Shown in pieces: positions 1 through 9,750 of a stretch of DNA of 32,000 bases. The stretch lies in the NCBI RefSeq assembly GCF_052907605.1, contig NZ_CM128582.1; one strand, given 5' to 3'. Under the pieces are notes generated by a model, which was not told where the DNA came from, made no database searches, and saw nothing but the letters and a program-made list of their open reading frames with translations. A program made the translations under genes and the position numbers. Positions within the stretch are counted from its first letter, which is position 1, and each line of letters begins with the position of its first letter.

Positions 1-52
1 CAGCAGCGCTGAAGGCTATAACGGTCAGGCTACGCTGAATATGACTTTCTGA
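1..52 (+). CDS. 3' end of an outer-membrane beta-barrel (autotransporter / Ag43-like) gene, cut by the window edge
   Basis: The frame ending at TGA 50-52 reads ...SSAEGYNGQATLNMTF*. Alternating hydrophobic residues with a terminal Phe are the classic OMP/autotransporter C-terminal strand. Ag43-type genes often precede this island module. Confidence 0.4.
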   Translation, partial: SSAEGYNGQATLNMTF

Positions 53-159
53 TTATACGGTATCCCGGAAATACGATTTCAGGAAAATTCATGCAGTAAT
101 GGGAAAGGACGCTCATTGCTGTTCACCGCAGTTCTGAATTATTGAATTTATAAAGGTGA

Positions 160-2547
160 ATGATGCACGAAAAGAACATCGCCCTGCTTTGTGATGAAGC
201 CGACCGGCTTTTGCAACTGAATATCAATCTGCTCCGGCAAATGGTTGATGAGCCGGATGTGTTATCTGACAGTAAGAACGAAAACGGGCTGCTTTTTGAT
301 AAACGGAAAGCGCTGAAAAGAATTGAGGAGCTGGAGGGCGAACAAATCAAAACCGCCCGCAGGGAGATGGTGCTGGCTGTGGTCGGCACGATGAAGGCGG
401 GCAAATCAACCACCATCAACGCCATTGTGGGGCAGGAAATTCTGCCCAACCGTAACCGCCCCATGACCTCGGTACCGACATTGATCCGCCACGTTCCCGG
501 AAAAACGGAACCGGTCCTCCATCTGGAACATATTCAGCCCGTCCGCAATTTATTAATCACACTGCAGGAAAAACTCGCCACCCCGGCAGGGCAGCAAGTC
601 GCACAGTCCCTGCAGCAAACCGGGGATACCCGCGAACTACTGGATATTCTGGCGGATGATGTCTGGCTTAAAAATGAATACCACGGGGAAGACGAAATCT
701 TTACCGGACTGGCATCGTTAAATGACCTGGTTCGTCTTGCTGCGGCAATGGGGTCTGAATTTCCTTTTGACGAATACGCAGAAGTGCAGAAACTACCGGT
801 GATCGACGTGGCGTTCAGCCACCTGGTGGGAATGGATGCATGTCAGGGAACACTCACACTGCTGGATACCCCCGGCCCTAATGAAGCCGGACAACCACAG
901 ATGGAAATGATGATGCGGGATCAACTACAGAAAGCCTCTGCGGTGCTGGCGGTGATGGATTACACCCAGATGAACTCGAAAGCCGATGAGGAGGTTCGTA
1001 AAGAGCTTAATGCCATTGCTGACGTCTCAGCCGGTCGTCTGTTTGTGCTGGTCAATAAATTCGATGAAAAAGATCGCAATGGTGATGGTGCGGATGCCGT
1101 ACGCCAGAAGGTGCCAGCAATGCTGAACAGCGATGTGCTGCCCGCCTCCCGCGTTTATCCCGGCTCATCACGTCAGGCGTACCTTGCTAACCGTGCGCTT
1201 CATGAGTTACGAAAAAACGGTGCGCTTCCGGTTGATGAAGCCTGGGTCGATGATTTTATCAGGGAAGCTTTCGGACCTATGGTGGAAGAGGACGACTGGA
1301 AAGACAGCACTAAGGTAAATAAAAAGGCAGAAAAACTCTGGAATATATCTCTGATCGATCAACTGATAACGGAAGTCATACAGAGCTCCCATTCCAGAGC
1401 GGCGGCACTGGCGGTTGACTCTGCCGCCGCAAAACTGATGCAGAATGCAGAAAATGTCAGCGAATATCTGTCATTACGTCATCAGGGGCTGCAGCAAAGC
1501 ATTCAGTCACTACAGGCGCATATTACCAGCCTGCTGGCGGATATCCAGGAGATTGAGGAATGTCAGAATCAGGTGACCGGTGATGTCAGAATGGCCATGG
1601 AGGACATCAATACCAAAACCGGGGAATTACTGACGAAGGTCTGTGCCTCACTGGAGGAGGAGCTGAACGACTATTTCAGAAGCGGTAAACGCAAAGAACA
1701 GCAAATGCTGGAGGAAGAAAATTCAGCGCAGCCCCGGGAGAGAAACGCATTCGCTTTCTTTCACGATATTTTCGGAACCGGAAATCAGCATGACAGGATG
1801 CGGGACTTTGATCCGGACAGCCCCGAAATAAAATTCAGTGATCGCAGGGCAGCCCTTGAACTGATGACGCAAATCGAATCGACCGTGACCAGCCTGCACC
1901 GTGAGGCTGAAGCACAGTTCCGGCCTGAGCTGGAGAAAATCGTCAGCGGGATTGAAACAGGTTTTCGTGGCACGGCCCTGTACGCCACAGAAAACATTGC
2001 CGGTCGCATCAATGCCCGCCTGGAGGATGAGGGCTTTACCGTAAAAATCAGTTTTCCGGCAGTCAGCCAGTTACAGACCCGGCTCGCGGTAAAAATAAAT
2101 CTGAGTGCGCTTATGGAGGAAAGAACGGAGACCGTCACCCGTCGCCGTCGGCAGAGTGGCGTATGGGGAACCGTTTGTCGATGGTTTGGCACCAGTGACC
2201 TGGGCTGGGAAAACTATGACGAGGATGTGAGTCGCAGCGTGATCAATATCAACAAGGTCAGAGAGGAAGTTATGTCACTGACCCGGGCATATTTCGGGGA
2301 GCTGCAGGCATCCATTGAGCAGGATATTAACCAGCCCGTCCGCCAGGAAATCGATGCCTTTTTCTGCGCATTCAGGGAGAAAGTTGAACAACTGCGTAAC
2401 ACGCTGATTCAGAGCTCTGAAGATCATAAACGCGATCAGCAGGCGCAGGAACGGCTTACCGGGCGACTTCAGGCATTAAATGAAAGGGTTCCTGAGCTCA
2501 TTACTGACAGTAAGGCGCTGAGGGAAGAGCTGGAGACAATGCTGTGA
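160..2547 (+). CDS. Dynamin-family large GTPase, CrfC(YjdA)-like paralog (795 aa)
   Basis: GTPase motifs are complete: G1 GTMKAGKST, G3 DTPGPNE, G4 NKFD. The segment MVLAVVGTMKAGKSTTINAIVGQEILPNRNRPMTSVPTLIRH closely matches my recollection of E. coli CrfC. The C-terminal half is long and coiled-coil-like. Its stop overlaps the next start (GTGA). Confidence 0.85.
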   Translation: MMHEKNIALLCDEADRLLQLNINLLRQMVDEPDVLSDSKNENGLLFDKRKALKRIEELEGEQIKTARREMVLAVVGTMKAGKSTTINAIVGQEILPNRNRPMTSVPTLIRHVPGKTEPVLHLEHIQPVRNLLITLQEKLATPAGQQVAQSLQQTGDTRELLDILADDVWLKNEYHGEDEIFTGLASLNDLVRLAAAMGSEFPFDEYAEVQKLPVIDVAFSHLVGMDACQGTLTLLDTPGPNEAGQPQMEMMMRDQLQKASAVLAVMDYTQMNSKADEEVRKELNAIADVSAGRLFVLVNKFDEKDRNGDGADAVRQKVPAMLNSDVLPASRVYPGSSRQAYLANRALHELRKNGALPVDEAWVDDFIREAFGPMVEEDDWKDSTKVNKKAEKLWNISLIDQLITEVIQSSHSRAAALAVDSAAAKLMQNAENVSEYLSLRHQGLQQSIQSLQAHITSLLADIQEIEECQNQVTGDVRMAMEDINTKTGELLTKVCASLEEELNDYFRSGKRKEQQMLEEENSAQPRERNAFAFFHDIFGTGNQHDRMRDFDPDSPEIKFSDRRAALELMTQIESTVTSLHREAEAQFRPELEKIVSGIETGFRGTALYATENIAGRINARLEDEGFTVKISFPAVSQLQTRLAVKINLSALMEERTETVTRRRRQSGVWGTVCRWFGTSDLGWENYDEDVSRSVININKVREEVMSLTRAYFGELQASIEQDINQPVRQEIDAFFCAFREKVEQLRNTLIQSSEDHKRDQQAQERLTGRLQALNERVPELITDSKALREELETML

Positions 2548-3449
2548 CTTCACCATTTATTCAACAAATTGCTGATAACCGGGTATGTCAGGTACTCACC
2601 TGTCTTCCTGAAAAATTTGTGGTTGATTTCGCAAACGGAATCGATGTTGCACAGGAGCATATCCGCACGGCCGGAGAGCGCACGTTCTTCCGGCGTTTAA
2701 AAGAGGGGCTGACCGGCGAAGGCGCTGCACGGCAGAATGCCATCAATGCGTCGCTTGCACAGGGCGTTGAGGCGTCCCTGCGCTGGCTGACGGAGATGAC
2801 AACGTCACTTGCCACCACAAACTACGCGATTACCCGGGTAAACGACAGGGTCAGTTCACTGGTCAGTGATACAGCCAGGCTGGCGCATTATTCCGCAGAT
2901 ACGCGGGAGCAGTTACTCACCCTGGCCGATCAGGTTCACCATAAACTGAATCATCTTGAAGAAAAACTCCACCGTGTTGACCAGGTTCAGCGGGCGCAGT
3001 TACATCTTGAGCAGATATTCTCATGGTGGAGCGCCGGGCGATATGCGTCATTTTCCCCTGCCGGACGTTGTTATGTGGCACTTGAAGAGCTTCGCTGGGG
3101 CGCGTTTGGTGATGTGATACGTCAGGGCGAAACAGGCCAGGTTAACCAGCTACTGGATATTCTCAGACATAAAGCATTAACGCAGATGGCACAGGAGAGT
3201 GGCGGTAGTGCAACCGTGCGTCTGAACACTCTGGACTGGCTTGGTGGTCAGGGCCGGGAGCAGGCAGATAACGAGTGGCATGACGCGATTAACTGGCTGG
3301 GAGGCTGGTGCAGTGAAGAGCAGCATCCGGTGATCTGGTCAACCACGCAGGCTGCAGAACACTTACCGGTTCGCATGCCTCGCCTCTGCTCTGCAGAACG
3401 CCTCTCTGAAAGTATGGTCGATGAAATATTTCAGAAGGGGGCTGCATGA
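2544..3449 (+). CDS. YjcZ-like protein (301 aa), partner of the dynamin-like GTPase
   Basis: It has a GTG start overlapping the upstream stop. Its size and position match yjcZ downstream of crfC in K-12. No catalytic motif was recognised. Confidence 0.55.
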   Translation: MTSPFIQQIADNRVCQVLTCLPEKFVVDFANGIDVAQEHIRTAGERTFFRRLKEGLTGEGAARQNAINASLAQGVEASLRWLTEMTTSLATTNYAITRVNDRVSSLVSDTARLAHYSADTREQLLTLADQVHHKLNHLEEKLHRVDQVQRAQLHLEQIFSWWSAGRYASFSPAGRCYVALEELRWGAFGDVIRQGETGQVNQLLDILRHKALTQMAQESGGSATVRLNTLDWLGGQGREQADNEWHDAINWLGGWCSEEQHPVIWSTTQAAEHLPVRMPRLCSAERLSESMVDEIFQKGAA

Positions 3450-4516
3450 GTACAGAAATGAAAACGGGGCTGGTGCTGTCCGGTGGCGGGGCGGTGGGCG
3501 CTTATCAGGCGGGAGTGGTTAAGGCACTGGCAGAGTGTGGTACACAGATCAGCATTGTTTCAGGGACCAGCATTGGCGCATTCAATGGTGCCATTATCGC
3601 GGCCTCTCCCGATCTGTCAGAAGCTGCCGTACGCCTGGAGGCGCTCTGGGAGCATCTGGGGAATAATCAGGTGCTGTCGGTAAACAGATTGGTTTACTTT
3701 TCATTGCTGAAAAAATTGTTCCAGGCAATGAACCTCTGCCAGATCCCCGGACGTGCAGGAGCACTGCTTACGACGCTTCTTCGCCATATATCGACAATCA
3801 ACGGGTTTGACAATCTGATGGCTCAGCCGTTGTTGTCAGATGAGCCCCTGACAGCGCTGATGGATCATTATCTTGATACTGATGCTCTGGCAGACGGGCT
3901 ACCGCTGTATGTGTCGCTGTACCCCACAGAAGGGGGCATGCAGGATATTATTGACTGCATTCGTGCTGAACTGGGTGTCGGAACCACGAAAAACGCCGTT
4001 TTTCAGCATATCCAGAGCCTGCCCCGCGGACAGCAGAAAGAGGCTCTGCTTGCGTCAGCCGCGCTGCCCCTGCTGTTCCGTCCCCGTGAGGTTCAGGGGA
4101 CAATGTTCGGTGATGGTGGTATGGGAGGATGGCGAAATATGCAGGGAAATACCCCTGTGACGCCTCTGGTCGATGCCGGATGCAATATGGTGATTGTGAC
4201 GCATCTGAGTGACGGTTCTTTATGGGATCGCCAGGCTTTTCCGGACACCACAATCCTTGAGATCCGTCCCCGGAAAAGGCTGAAATATGCAGGTGATGGT
4301 GGCAACAGCGGCGGTCTGCTCAGTTTTACATCGGCACATACCGACGCCTGGCGTCAGCAGGGCTATGAAGACACGATGCTGGCGATGGAGCATATCCGGA
4401 AACCGCTGGCAGCACGTCAGGCACTGACCCGGTCAGAGGCGGTATTGCAGAAAAGCCTGGATATAACGGAAGAGGCAGATTTGGCACTGAGAAACGCGAT
4501 GGCCCGGATTAAATAA
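3446..4516 (+). CDS. Patatin-like phospholipase (356 aa)
   Basis: Oxyanion motif LSGGGAVGAY, nucleophile elbow GTSIG and catalytic Asp motif FGDGGMGG are all intact. An ATGA overlap joins it to the upstream ORF. Confidence 0.85.
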   Translation: MSTEMKTGLVLSGGGAVGAYQAGVVKALAECGTQISIVSGTSIGAFNGAIIAASPDLSEAAVRLEALWEHLGNNQVLSVNRLVYFSLLKKLFQAMNLCQIPGRAGALLTTLLRHISTINGFDNLMAQPLLSDEPLTALMDHYLDTDALADGLPLYVSLYPTEGGMQDIIDCIRAELGVGTTKNAVFQHIQSLPRGQQKEALLASAALPLLFRPREVQGTMFGDGGMGGWRNMQGNTPVTPLVDAGCNMVIVTHLSDGSLWDRQAFPDTTILEIRPRKRLKYAGDGGNSGGLLSFTSAHTDAWRQQGYEDTMLAMEHIRKPLAARQALTRSEAVLQKSLDITEEADLALRNAMARIK

Positions 4517-4532
4517 AGACGCCCCAAAGAAA

Positions 4533-4558
4533 CGCCACCGCCTGTGGTGGTGTTTTTC
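4533..4558 (+). terminator. Rho-independent terminator of the dynamin-YjcZ-patatin operon
   Basis: Stem CCACC(4535-4539)/GGTGG(4546-4550) is followed by TGTTTTT, 17 nt after the stop codon. Confidence 0.55.
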
Positions 4559-4788
4559 CTGTCTGGTGTTATTGAAAATATTTTCAGATATATATTATCT
4601 GGGTGATGGTTAAGATGAATTTATTTAATTTTGGGGGAAGATACAAAAACAACCAGTGAACATATTTCCGGCGGGTTATCCGCAATGCTGAAGGTCAGTT
4701 GCACTGGCGATGCCGGAATACAGCTTAATACGTGGTTCGCCAGTGAAGGGCTTCTCAGACAATAAACCTCATTCATTTCACCCATCAG

Positions 4789-4819
4789 GCCGCGTCTTCT
4801 CCGGGAGACGCGGCTTTTT
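4789..4819 (+). terminator. Strong intrinsic terminator with no annotated upstream ORF
   Basis: A 9-bp GC-rich stem GCCGCGTCT/AGACGCGGC has an 8-nt loop and is followed by TTTTT. Confidence 0.6.
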
Positions 4820-4855
4820 CATTTATATCGCTTAATCATTCATAAGGAGCAAATC

Positions 4856-5674
4856 ATGAGATTAGCCAGTCGTTTTGGTTATGCGAACCAGATACGTCGT
4901 GATCGTCCGCTGACACACGAAGAACTGATGCGCCATGTACCGAGTATTTTTGGGGAAAACCGACATACCTCTCGCAGTGAACACTATGCGTACATTCCCA
5001 CTATCACCGTCCTGGAAAATCTGCAGCAGGAAGGCTTTCAGCCGTTCTTTGCCTGCCAGACCCGCGTGCGCGACCAGAGCCGCCGGGAATACACAAAACA
5101 CATGCTGCGTCTGCGGCGGGCCGGACAGATAACCGGTCAGCATGTCCCTGAAATTATTCTGCTCAACTCCCATGACGGTTCATCCAGCTACCAGATGTTA
5201 CCCGGATATTTTCGTGCCATTTGTACCAATGGACTGGTCTGCGGTCAGTCTCTGGGAGAATTGCGTGTTCCACACCGGGGAAATGTGGTGGACAGAGTCA
5301 TTGAAGGGGCTTACGAGGTGGTGGGCGTTTTTGACCGGATAGAGGAGAAGCGTGATGCCATGCAGTCGCTGGTCCTGCCGCCACCGGCACGCCAGGCGCT
5401 GGCACAGGCGGCACTGACTTACCGTTATGGTGACGAACATCAGCCCGTCACCACCGCCGACATTCTGACACCACGACGCCGGGAGGATTACGGTAAGGAC
5501 CTGTGGAGTGCTTATCAGACCATCCAGGAGAATATGCTGAAAGGCGGGATTTCCGGTCGCAGTGCAAAAGGAAAACGTATCCATACCCGGGCCATTCACA
5601 GCATTGATACCGACATTAAGCTCAATCGCGCATTGTGGGTGATGGCAGAAACGCTGCTGGAGAGCATGCGCTGA
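4856..5674 (+). CDS. DUF932 / UPF0380 family protein (YfjQ/YafZ-like)
   Basis: A 272-aa ORF with RBS AAGGAG. Its sequence and position are typical of CP4-type island yfjQ/yafZ paralogs. Confidence 0.75.
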   Translation: MRLASRFGYANQIRRDRPLTHEELMRHVPSIFGENRHTSRSEHYAYIPTITVLENLQQEGFQPFFACQTRVRDQSRREYTKHMLRLRRAGQITGQHVPEIILLNSHDGSSSYQMLPGYFRAICTNGLVCGQSLGELRVPHRGNVVDRVIEGAYEVVGVFDRIEEKRDAMQSLVLPPPARQALAQAALTYRYGDEHQPVTTADILTPRRREDYGKDLWSAYQTIQENMLKGGISGRSAKGKRIHTRAIHSIDTDIKLNRALWVMAETLLESMR

Positions 5675-5764
5675 TGCCGTTTCACTGAAAGTGCAGTCCT
5701 GACTCACATCTGTTCCTGCCCCGGGGCTTCTTCCATTCATTTACTTTTTATAAGGAATAACCTC

Positions 5765-6250
5765 ATGACAACCGTTTCGCATAATTCCACCACACCTTCT
5801 GTTTCCGTAACCACTGCATCAGGGAATAACCCACCTCAGCTGGTTGCCACTCCCGTCCCTGATGAACAGCGCATCAGCTTCTGGCCGCAGCATTTTGGCC
5901 TCATTCCACAGTGGGTGACCCTGGAGCCCCGTGTCTTCGGCTGGATGGACCGTCTGTGTGAAGACTACTGCGGTGGTATCTGGAATCTGTACACCCTGAA
6001 CAACGGCGGGGCATTTATGGCACCCGAACCGGATGACGATGATGACGAAACATGGGTACTGTTCAATGCCATGAACGGTAACCGCGCTGAAATGAGTCCG
6101 GAAGCTGCCGGCATTGCTGCCTGTCTGATGACGTACAGTCATCATGCCTGTCGTACGGAGTGTTATGCCATGACGGTCCACTATTACCGGCTGCGGGATT
6201 ACGCCCTGCAGCATCCGGAATGCAGCGCCATTATGCGCATCATTGACTGA
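5765..6250 (+). CDS. Anti-restriction protein (YfjX/YafX, KlcA/ArdB-like family)
   Basis: A 161-aa ORF with a conserved acidic stretch (PEPDDDDDETW), in the conserved position before the radC-like gene. Confidence 0.7.
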   Translation: MTTVSHNSTTPSVSVTTASGNNPPQLVATPVPDEQRISFWPQHFGLIPQWVTLEPRVFGWMDRLCEDYCGGIWNLYTLNNGGAFMAPEPDDDDDETWVLFNAMNGNRAEMSPEAAGIAACLMTYSHHACRTECYAMTVHYYRLRDYALQHPECSAIMRIID

Positions 6251-6265
6251 ATGGAGGCAGGGACA

Positions 6266-6742
6266 ATGCAGCAGCTTTCCTTTCTGCCCGGAGAGATGAC
6301 GCCCGGCGAGCGCAGTCTCATTCTGCGGGCCCTGCAAACCCTGGACCGCCATCTTCATGAACCCGGCGTGGCCTTCACCTCCACCCGTGCGGCACGGGAA
6401 TGGCTGATTCTGAACATGGTGGGACTGGAGCGGGAAGAGTTCCGGGTGCTGTATCTGAACAACCAGAATCAGCTGATTGCCGGTGAAACCCTCTTCACCG
6501 GCACCATCAACCGTACGGAAGTTCATCCCCGGGAAGTGATTAAACGCGCCCTGTACCACAATGCCGCTGCCGTGGTGCTGGCGCACAATCACCCGTCCGG
6601 TGAAGTCACACCCAGTAAGGCAGACCGGCTTATCACCGAACGTCTGGTACAGGCACTGGGCCTGGTGGATATCCGGGTGCCGGACCATCTGATAGTCGGT
6701 GGCAACCAGGTTTTCTCCTTTGCCGAACATGGTCTGCTTTAA
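6266..6742 (+). CDS. RadC-like JAB/MPN domain protein (YeeS/YkfG/YfjY paralog)
   Basis: Carries the JAMM motif HNHPSGEVTPSKADRLIT. The start is set at MQQLSF (RBS GGAGG 9 nt upstream) rather than the ORF-track ATG at 6251. Confidence 0.85.
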   Translation: MQQLSFLPGEMTPGERSLILRALQTLDRHLHEPGVAFTSTRAAREWLILNMVGLEREEFRVLYLNNQNQLIAGETLFTGTINRTEVHPREVIKRALYHNAAAVVLAHNHPSGEVTPSKADRLITERLVQALGLVDIRVPDHLIVGGNQVFSFAEHGLL

Positions 6743-6804
6743 CCCGTCACAACCACATCACACCTGTTTTCACTTTTATCTTCTGTCTTCAGAGGTATCA
6801 CATC

Positions 6805-7026
6805 ATGAGAATCATCACCCGTGGTGAAGCCATGCGTATTCACCAACAGCATCCGGCATCCCGTCTTTTTCCGTTCTGTACCGGTAAGTATCGCTGGCAC
6901 GGCAGTGCTGAAGCGTATACTGGTCGTGAAGTGCAGGATATTCCCGGCGTTCTTGCCGTGTTTGCAGAACGCCGTAAGGACAGTTTTGGCCCGTATGTCC
7001 GGCTGATGAGTGTCACCCTGAACTGA
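6805..7026 (+). CDS. DUF987 protein (YeeT/YkfH paralog)
   Basis: A 73-aa ORF, MRIITRGEAMRIHQQHPASRLFPFCTGKYRWHG..., matching the YeeT family as I recall it. Confidence 0.75.
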   Translation: MRIITRGEAMRIHQQHPASRLFPFCTGKYRWHGSAEAYTGREVQDIPGVLAVFAERRKDSFGPYVRLMSVTLN

Positions 7027-7188
7027 TGTTCCGTCACCCGGGAAACGAGTACGACCAGATGACCTCAGACGCCGCTGTGGATGAGGCCATTCTCATCAAT
7101 GCATACATCTTCACCGAAACCGGTCAGCGCGCCGGCTGACCTGTCATCGTTAAACCATTCTTAACCACTTTTCAGAGAGGATTTTATC

Positions 7189-7563
7189 GTGTCAGACAAA
7201 CTCTCCGGGATAACTCATCCCGATGACAATCACGACCGCCCCTGGTGGGGGCTTCCCTGCACAGTGAGGCCCTGTTTTGGCGCTCGTCTGGTGCAAGAGG
7301 GTAACCGCCTGCATTACCTTGCCGACCGCGCCGGTATCAGAGGCCGCTTCAGCGACGCAGATGCATACCATCTGGACCAGGCCTTTCCGCTGCTGATGAA
7401 ACAACTGGAACTCATGCTCACCAGCGGTGAACTGAATCCCCGATATCAGCATACCGTCACGCTGTATGCAAAAGGGCTGACCTGCGAAGCCGACACCCTC
7501 GGCTCCTGTGGTTACGTTTATCTGGCTGTTTATCCGACACCAGCACCCGCAACCACCTCATAA
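7189..7563 (+). CDS. cbeA: Type IV antitoxin CbeA (YeeU) family
   Basis: GTG start with [49 protein letters not shown] matches YeeU/CbeA. Confidence 0.85.
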   Translation: MSDKLSGITHPDDNHDRPWWGLPCTVRPCFGARLVQEGNRLHYLADRAGIRGRFSDADAYHLDQAFPLLMKQLELMLTSGELNPRYQHTVTLYAKGLTCEADTLGSCGYVYLAVYPTPAPATTS

Positions 7564-7609
7564 CCCCGAAGCTCTCACCTTTAGCACTACCAGTTACAGA
7601 GAACTTAAG

Positions 7610-7984
7610 ATGAAAACATTATCCGACACACATGTACGGGAGGTATCTCGCTGCCCGTCTCCCGTCACCATCTGGCAGACACTGCTCATCCGACTGCTGG
7701 ACCAGCATTATGGCCTCACACTGAATGACACACCGTTTGCCGATGAACGTGTGATTGAGCAGCATATTGAGGCAGGCATTTCACTGTGTGATGCAGTTAA
7801 TTTTCTCGTGGAAAAATACGCGCTGGTGCGTACCGACCAGCCGGGATTCAGCACCTGTCCCCGCTCTCAGTTAATAAACAGTATTGATATCCTCCGGGCT
7901 CGCCGGGCGACCGGCCTGATGACCCGCGACAATTACAGAACGGTAAATAACATTACCCTGGGTAAGTATCCGGAGGCGAAATGA
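7610..7984 (+). CDS. cbtA: Type IV toxin CbtA (YeeV) family, cytoskeleton (FtsZ/MreB) inhibitor
   Basis: The start is taken at the internal ATG (MKTLSDTH...), giving 124 aa. It lies immediately downstream of cbeA, and the sequence is typical of YeeV/YkfI/YpjF. Confidence 0.85.
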   Translation: MKTLSDTHVREVSRCPSPVTIWQTLLIRLLDQHYGLTLNDTPFADERVIEQHIEAGISLCDAVNFLVEKYALVRTDQPGFSTCPRSQLINSIDILRARRATGLMTRDNYRTVNNITLGKYPEAK

Positions 7985-8472
7985 TGAAACTGGCCCTGAC
8001 ACTGGAAGCCGACAGCGTTAACGTACAGGCACTGAACATGGGGCGCATTGTCGTTGACGTCGATGGTATTGAGCTCGCTGAACTGATTAACATGGTCTGC
8101 GATAACGGCTACTCCCTTCGTGTTGTTGATGAATCTGACCAGACCTCAGCAGAATGCACGCCACCATTTGCTACCCTTACCGGCATACGCTGCAGTACCG
8201 CACATATCACGGAAACGGACAACGCCTGGTTGTACTCGCTGTCACACCAGACCAGTGACTTCGGTGAATCAGAATGGATTCATTTTACAGGTAGCGGATA
8301 TCTGTTACGTACCGATGCGTGGTCATACCCGGTTCTGCGGCTTAAACGCCTGGGGCTGTCAAAAACGTTCCGTCGTCTGGTCGTCACACTCATCCGGCGT
8401 TATGGCGTCAGTCTCATTCATCTGGATGCCAGCGCTGAATGCCTGCCGGGTTTACCCACTTTCGACTGGTAA
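7981..8472 (+). CDS. YeeW-like island protein (DUF5983-type)
   Basis: A 163-aa ORF with an ATGA overlap onto the cbtA stop, in the conserved position after cbtA in CP4-type islands. Confidence 0.6.
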   Translation: MMKLALTLEADSVNVQALNMGRIVVDVDGIELAELINMVCDNGYSLRVVDESDQTSAECTPPFATLTGIRCSTAHITETDNAWLYSLSHQTSDFGESEWIHFTGSGYLLRTDAWSYPVLRLKRLGLSKTFRRLVVTLIRRYGVSLIHLDASAECLPGLPTFDW

Positions 8473-8483
8473 CCAGGAACAAC

Positions 8484-8681
8484 ATGAAATCATTAACCAC
8501 GGAAACAGCGCTGGATATTCTGATTGCGTGGCTGCAGGACAATATCGACTGCGGATCGGGAATTATCTTTGACAACGATGAGGATAAAACGGATTCAGCA
8601 GCACTGTTGCCCTGTATCGAACAGGCCCGGGAGGATGTCCGTACCCTGCGTCATCTGCAGCTTCTGCACCAGAACCGGTGA
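8484..8681 (+). CDS. Small conserved island protein (DUF957-like, 65 aa)
   Basis: The start is taken at the internal ATG 8484 (MKSLTTETALDILIAWLQDN...). A hairpin terminator follows around 8710-8740. Confidence 0.5.
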   Translation: MKSLTTETALDILIAWLQDNIDCGSGIIFDNDEDKTDSAALLPCIEQAREDVRTLRHLQLLHQNR

Positions 8682-8765
8682 AGCTCACTCACCAGACTTC
8701 ATTCCTCTGACGCCAGCCTGCACAGGGCTGGCGTTTTCATTTATCTGCAAAAAGGAATATCGATT

Positions 8766-9608
8766 ATGTCAGATATCACAATCTCCCGTCCGGAAGTGGT
8801 CAACGGGCATACGGACGTTATCTGCTCAACCAGCATTCGCCACATTCTGGCTGTACGAAAGAGTACACTGTTGCAAATCGACACACTTATCCGACAACTG
8901 GCTGAAATCTCGGTGCTGACGGAAAGCATCGGAGGTAAAACTGCCCCGGACTGGGCCATGAAACAGGATTTTCGCTGCGGCTGCTGGCTGATGGAGAAAC
9001 CCGAAACAGCAATGAAAGCCATTACCCGGAATCTTGATCGCGAAATCTGGCGTGACCTGATGCAACGTTCCGGGATGCTGTCATTAATGGATACGCAGGC
9101 CCGTGATACATGGTACCGGTCACTGGAGTACGATAATTTTCCGGAAATCAGCGAAGCGAACATTCTGAGCACATTTGAACAACTGCACCAGAATAAGGAT
9201 GAGGTGTTTGAGCGAGGGGTGATCAACGTCTTCAGAGGGCTGAACTGGAATTACAAAACCAATTGCCCCTGTAAATTTGGCAGTAAAATTATCGTCAACA
9301 ATCTGGTGAGATGGGACCGGTGGGGATTTCATCTTATCACCGGACAACAGGCTGACCGACTCGCCGATCTGGAAAGAATGTTGCACCTGTTCAGCGGTAA
9401 ACCAATCCCCGACAACCGGGGAAACATCACCCTTCGTCTGGATGATCACATTCAGTCTGTTCAGGGTAAAGAGAGCTATGAAGATGAGATGTTCAGCATC
9501 AGATACTTTAAGAAGGGCTCCGCGCATATCACGTTCAGAAAACCAGAACTGGTTGACAGACTGAATGATATTATCGCAAAACACTATCCTGATATGCTGG
9601 CAGTATAG
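8766..9608 (+). CDS. DUF4942-like protein (280 aa), last island gene
   Basis: A long clean ORF with coding-like composition. The family assignment is from memory of what follows yeeW-type genes. Confidence 0.5.
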   Translation: MSDITISRPEVVNGHTDVICSTSIRHILAVRKSTLLQIDTLIRQLAEISVLTESIGGKTAPDWAMKQDFRCGCWLMEKPETAMKAITRNLDREIWRDLMQRSGMLSLMDTQARDTWYRSLEYDNFPEISEANILSTFEQLHQNKDEVFERGVINVFRGLNWNYKTNCPCKFGSKIIVNNLVRWDRWGFHLITGQQADRLADLERMLHLFSGKPIPDNRGNITLRLDDHIQSVQGKESYEDEMFSIRYFKKGSAHITFRKPELVDRLNDIIAKHYPDMLAV

Positions 9609-9712
9609 CTTTGCCAGTATGCTCAAAGATCGGAAATTGTCCGATAAGATATGATCGCGGGGCATATAAACCGGTTTCAGATGGCATACCCGATGGCATA
9701 CTGTCTGGAAGG

Positions 9713-9750
9713 AAAAATAAAAAAGCGCATGTTAAACAATAACATGCGCT
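9713..9750 (-). terminator. serX rho-independent terminator
   Basis: An 11-bp perfect stem AGCGCATGTTA(9724-9734)/TAACATGCGCT(9740-9750) is followed on the minus strand by a T-rich run, 8 nt after the tRNA 3' end. Confidence 0.8.

Noticed and set aside
123-464. A 113-aa minus-strand ORF at the start of the dynamin gene
   Set aside because: It is antisense to the GTPase P-loop region, which has unmistakable motifs, and is Ser/Leu/Arg-rich shadow sequence.
5819-6730. A 303-aa minus-strand ORF spanning the anti-restriction and radC-like genes
   Set aside because: It overlaps two well-recognised plus-strand genes antisense, has no family motifs, and is a typical shadow ORF in GC-rich coding DNA.
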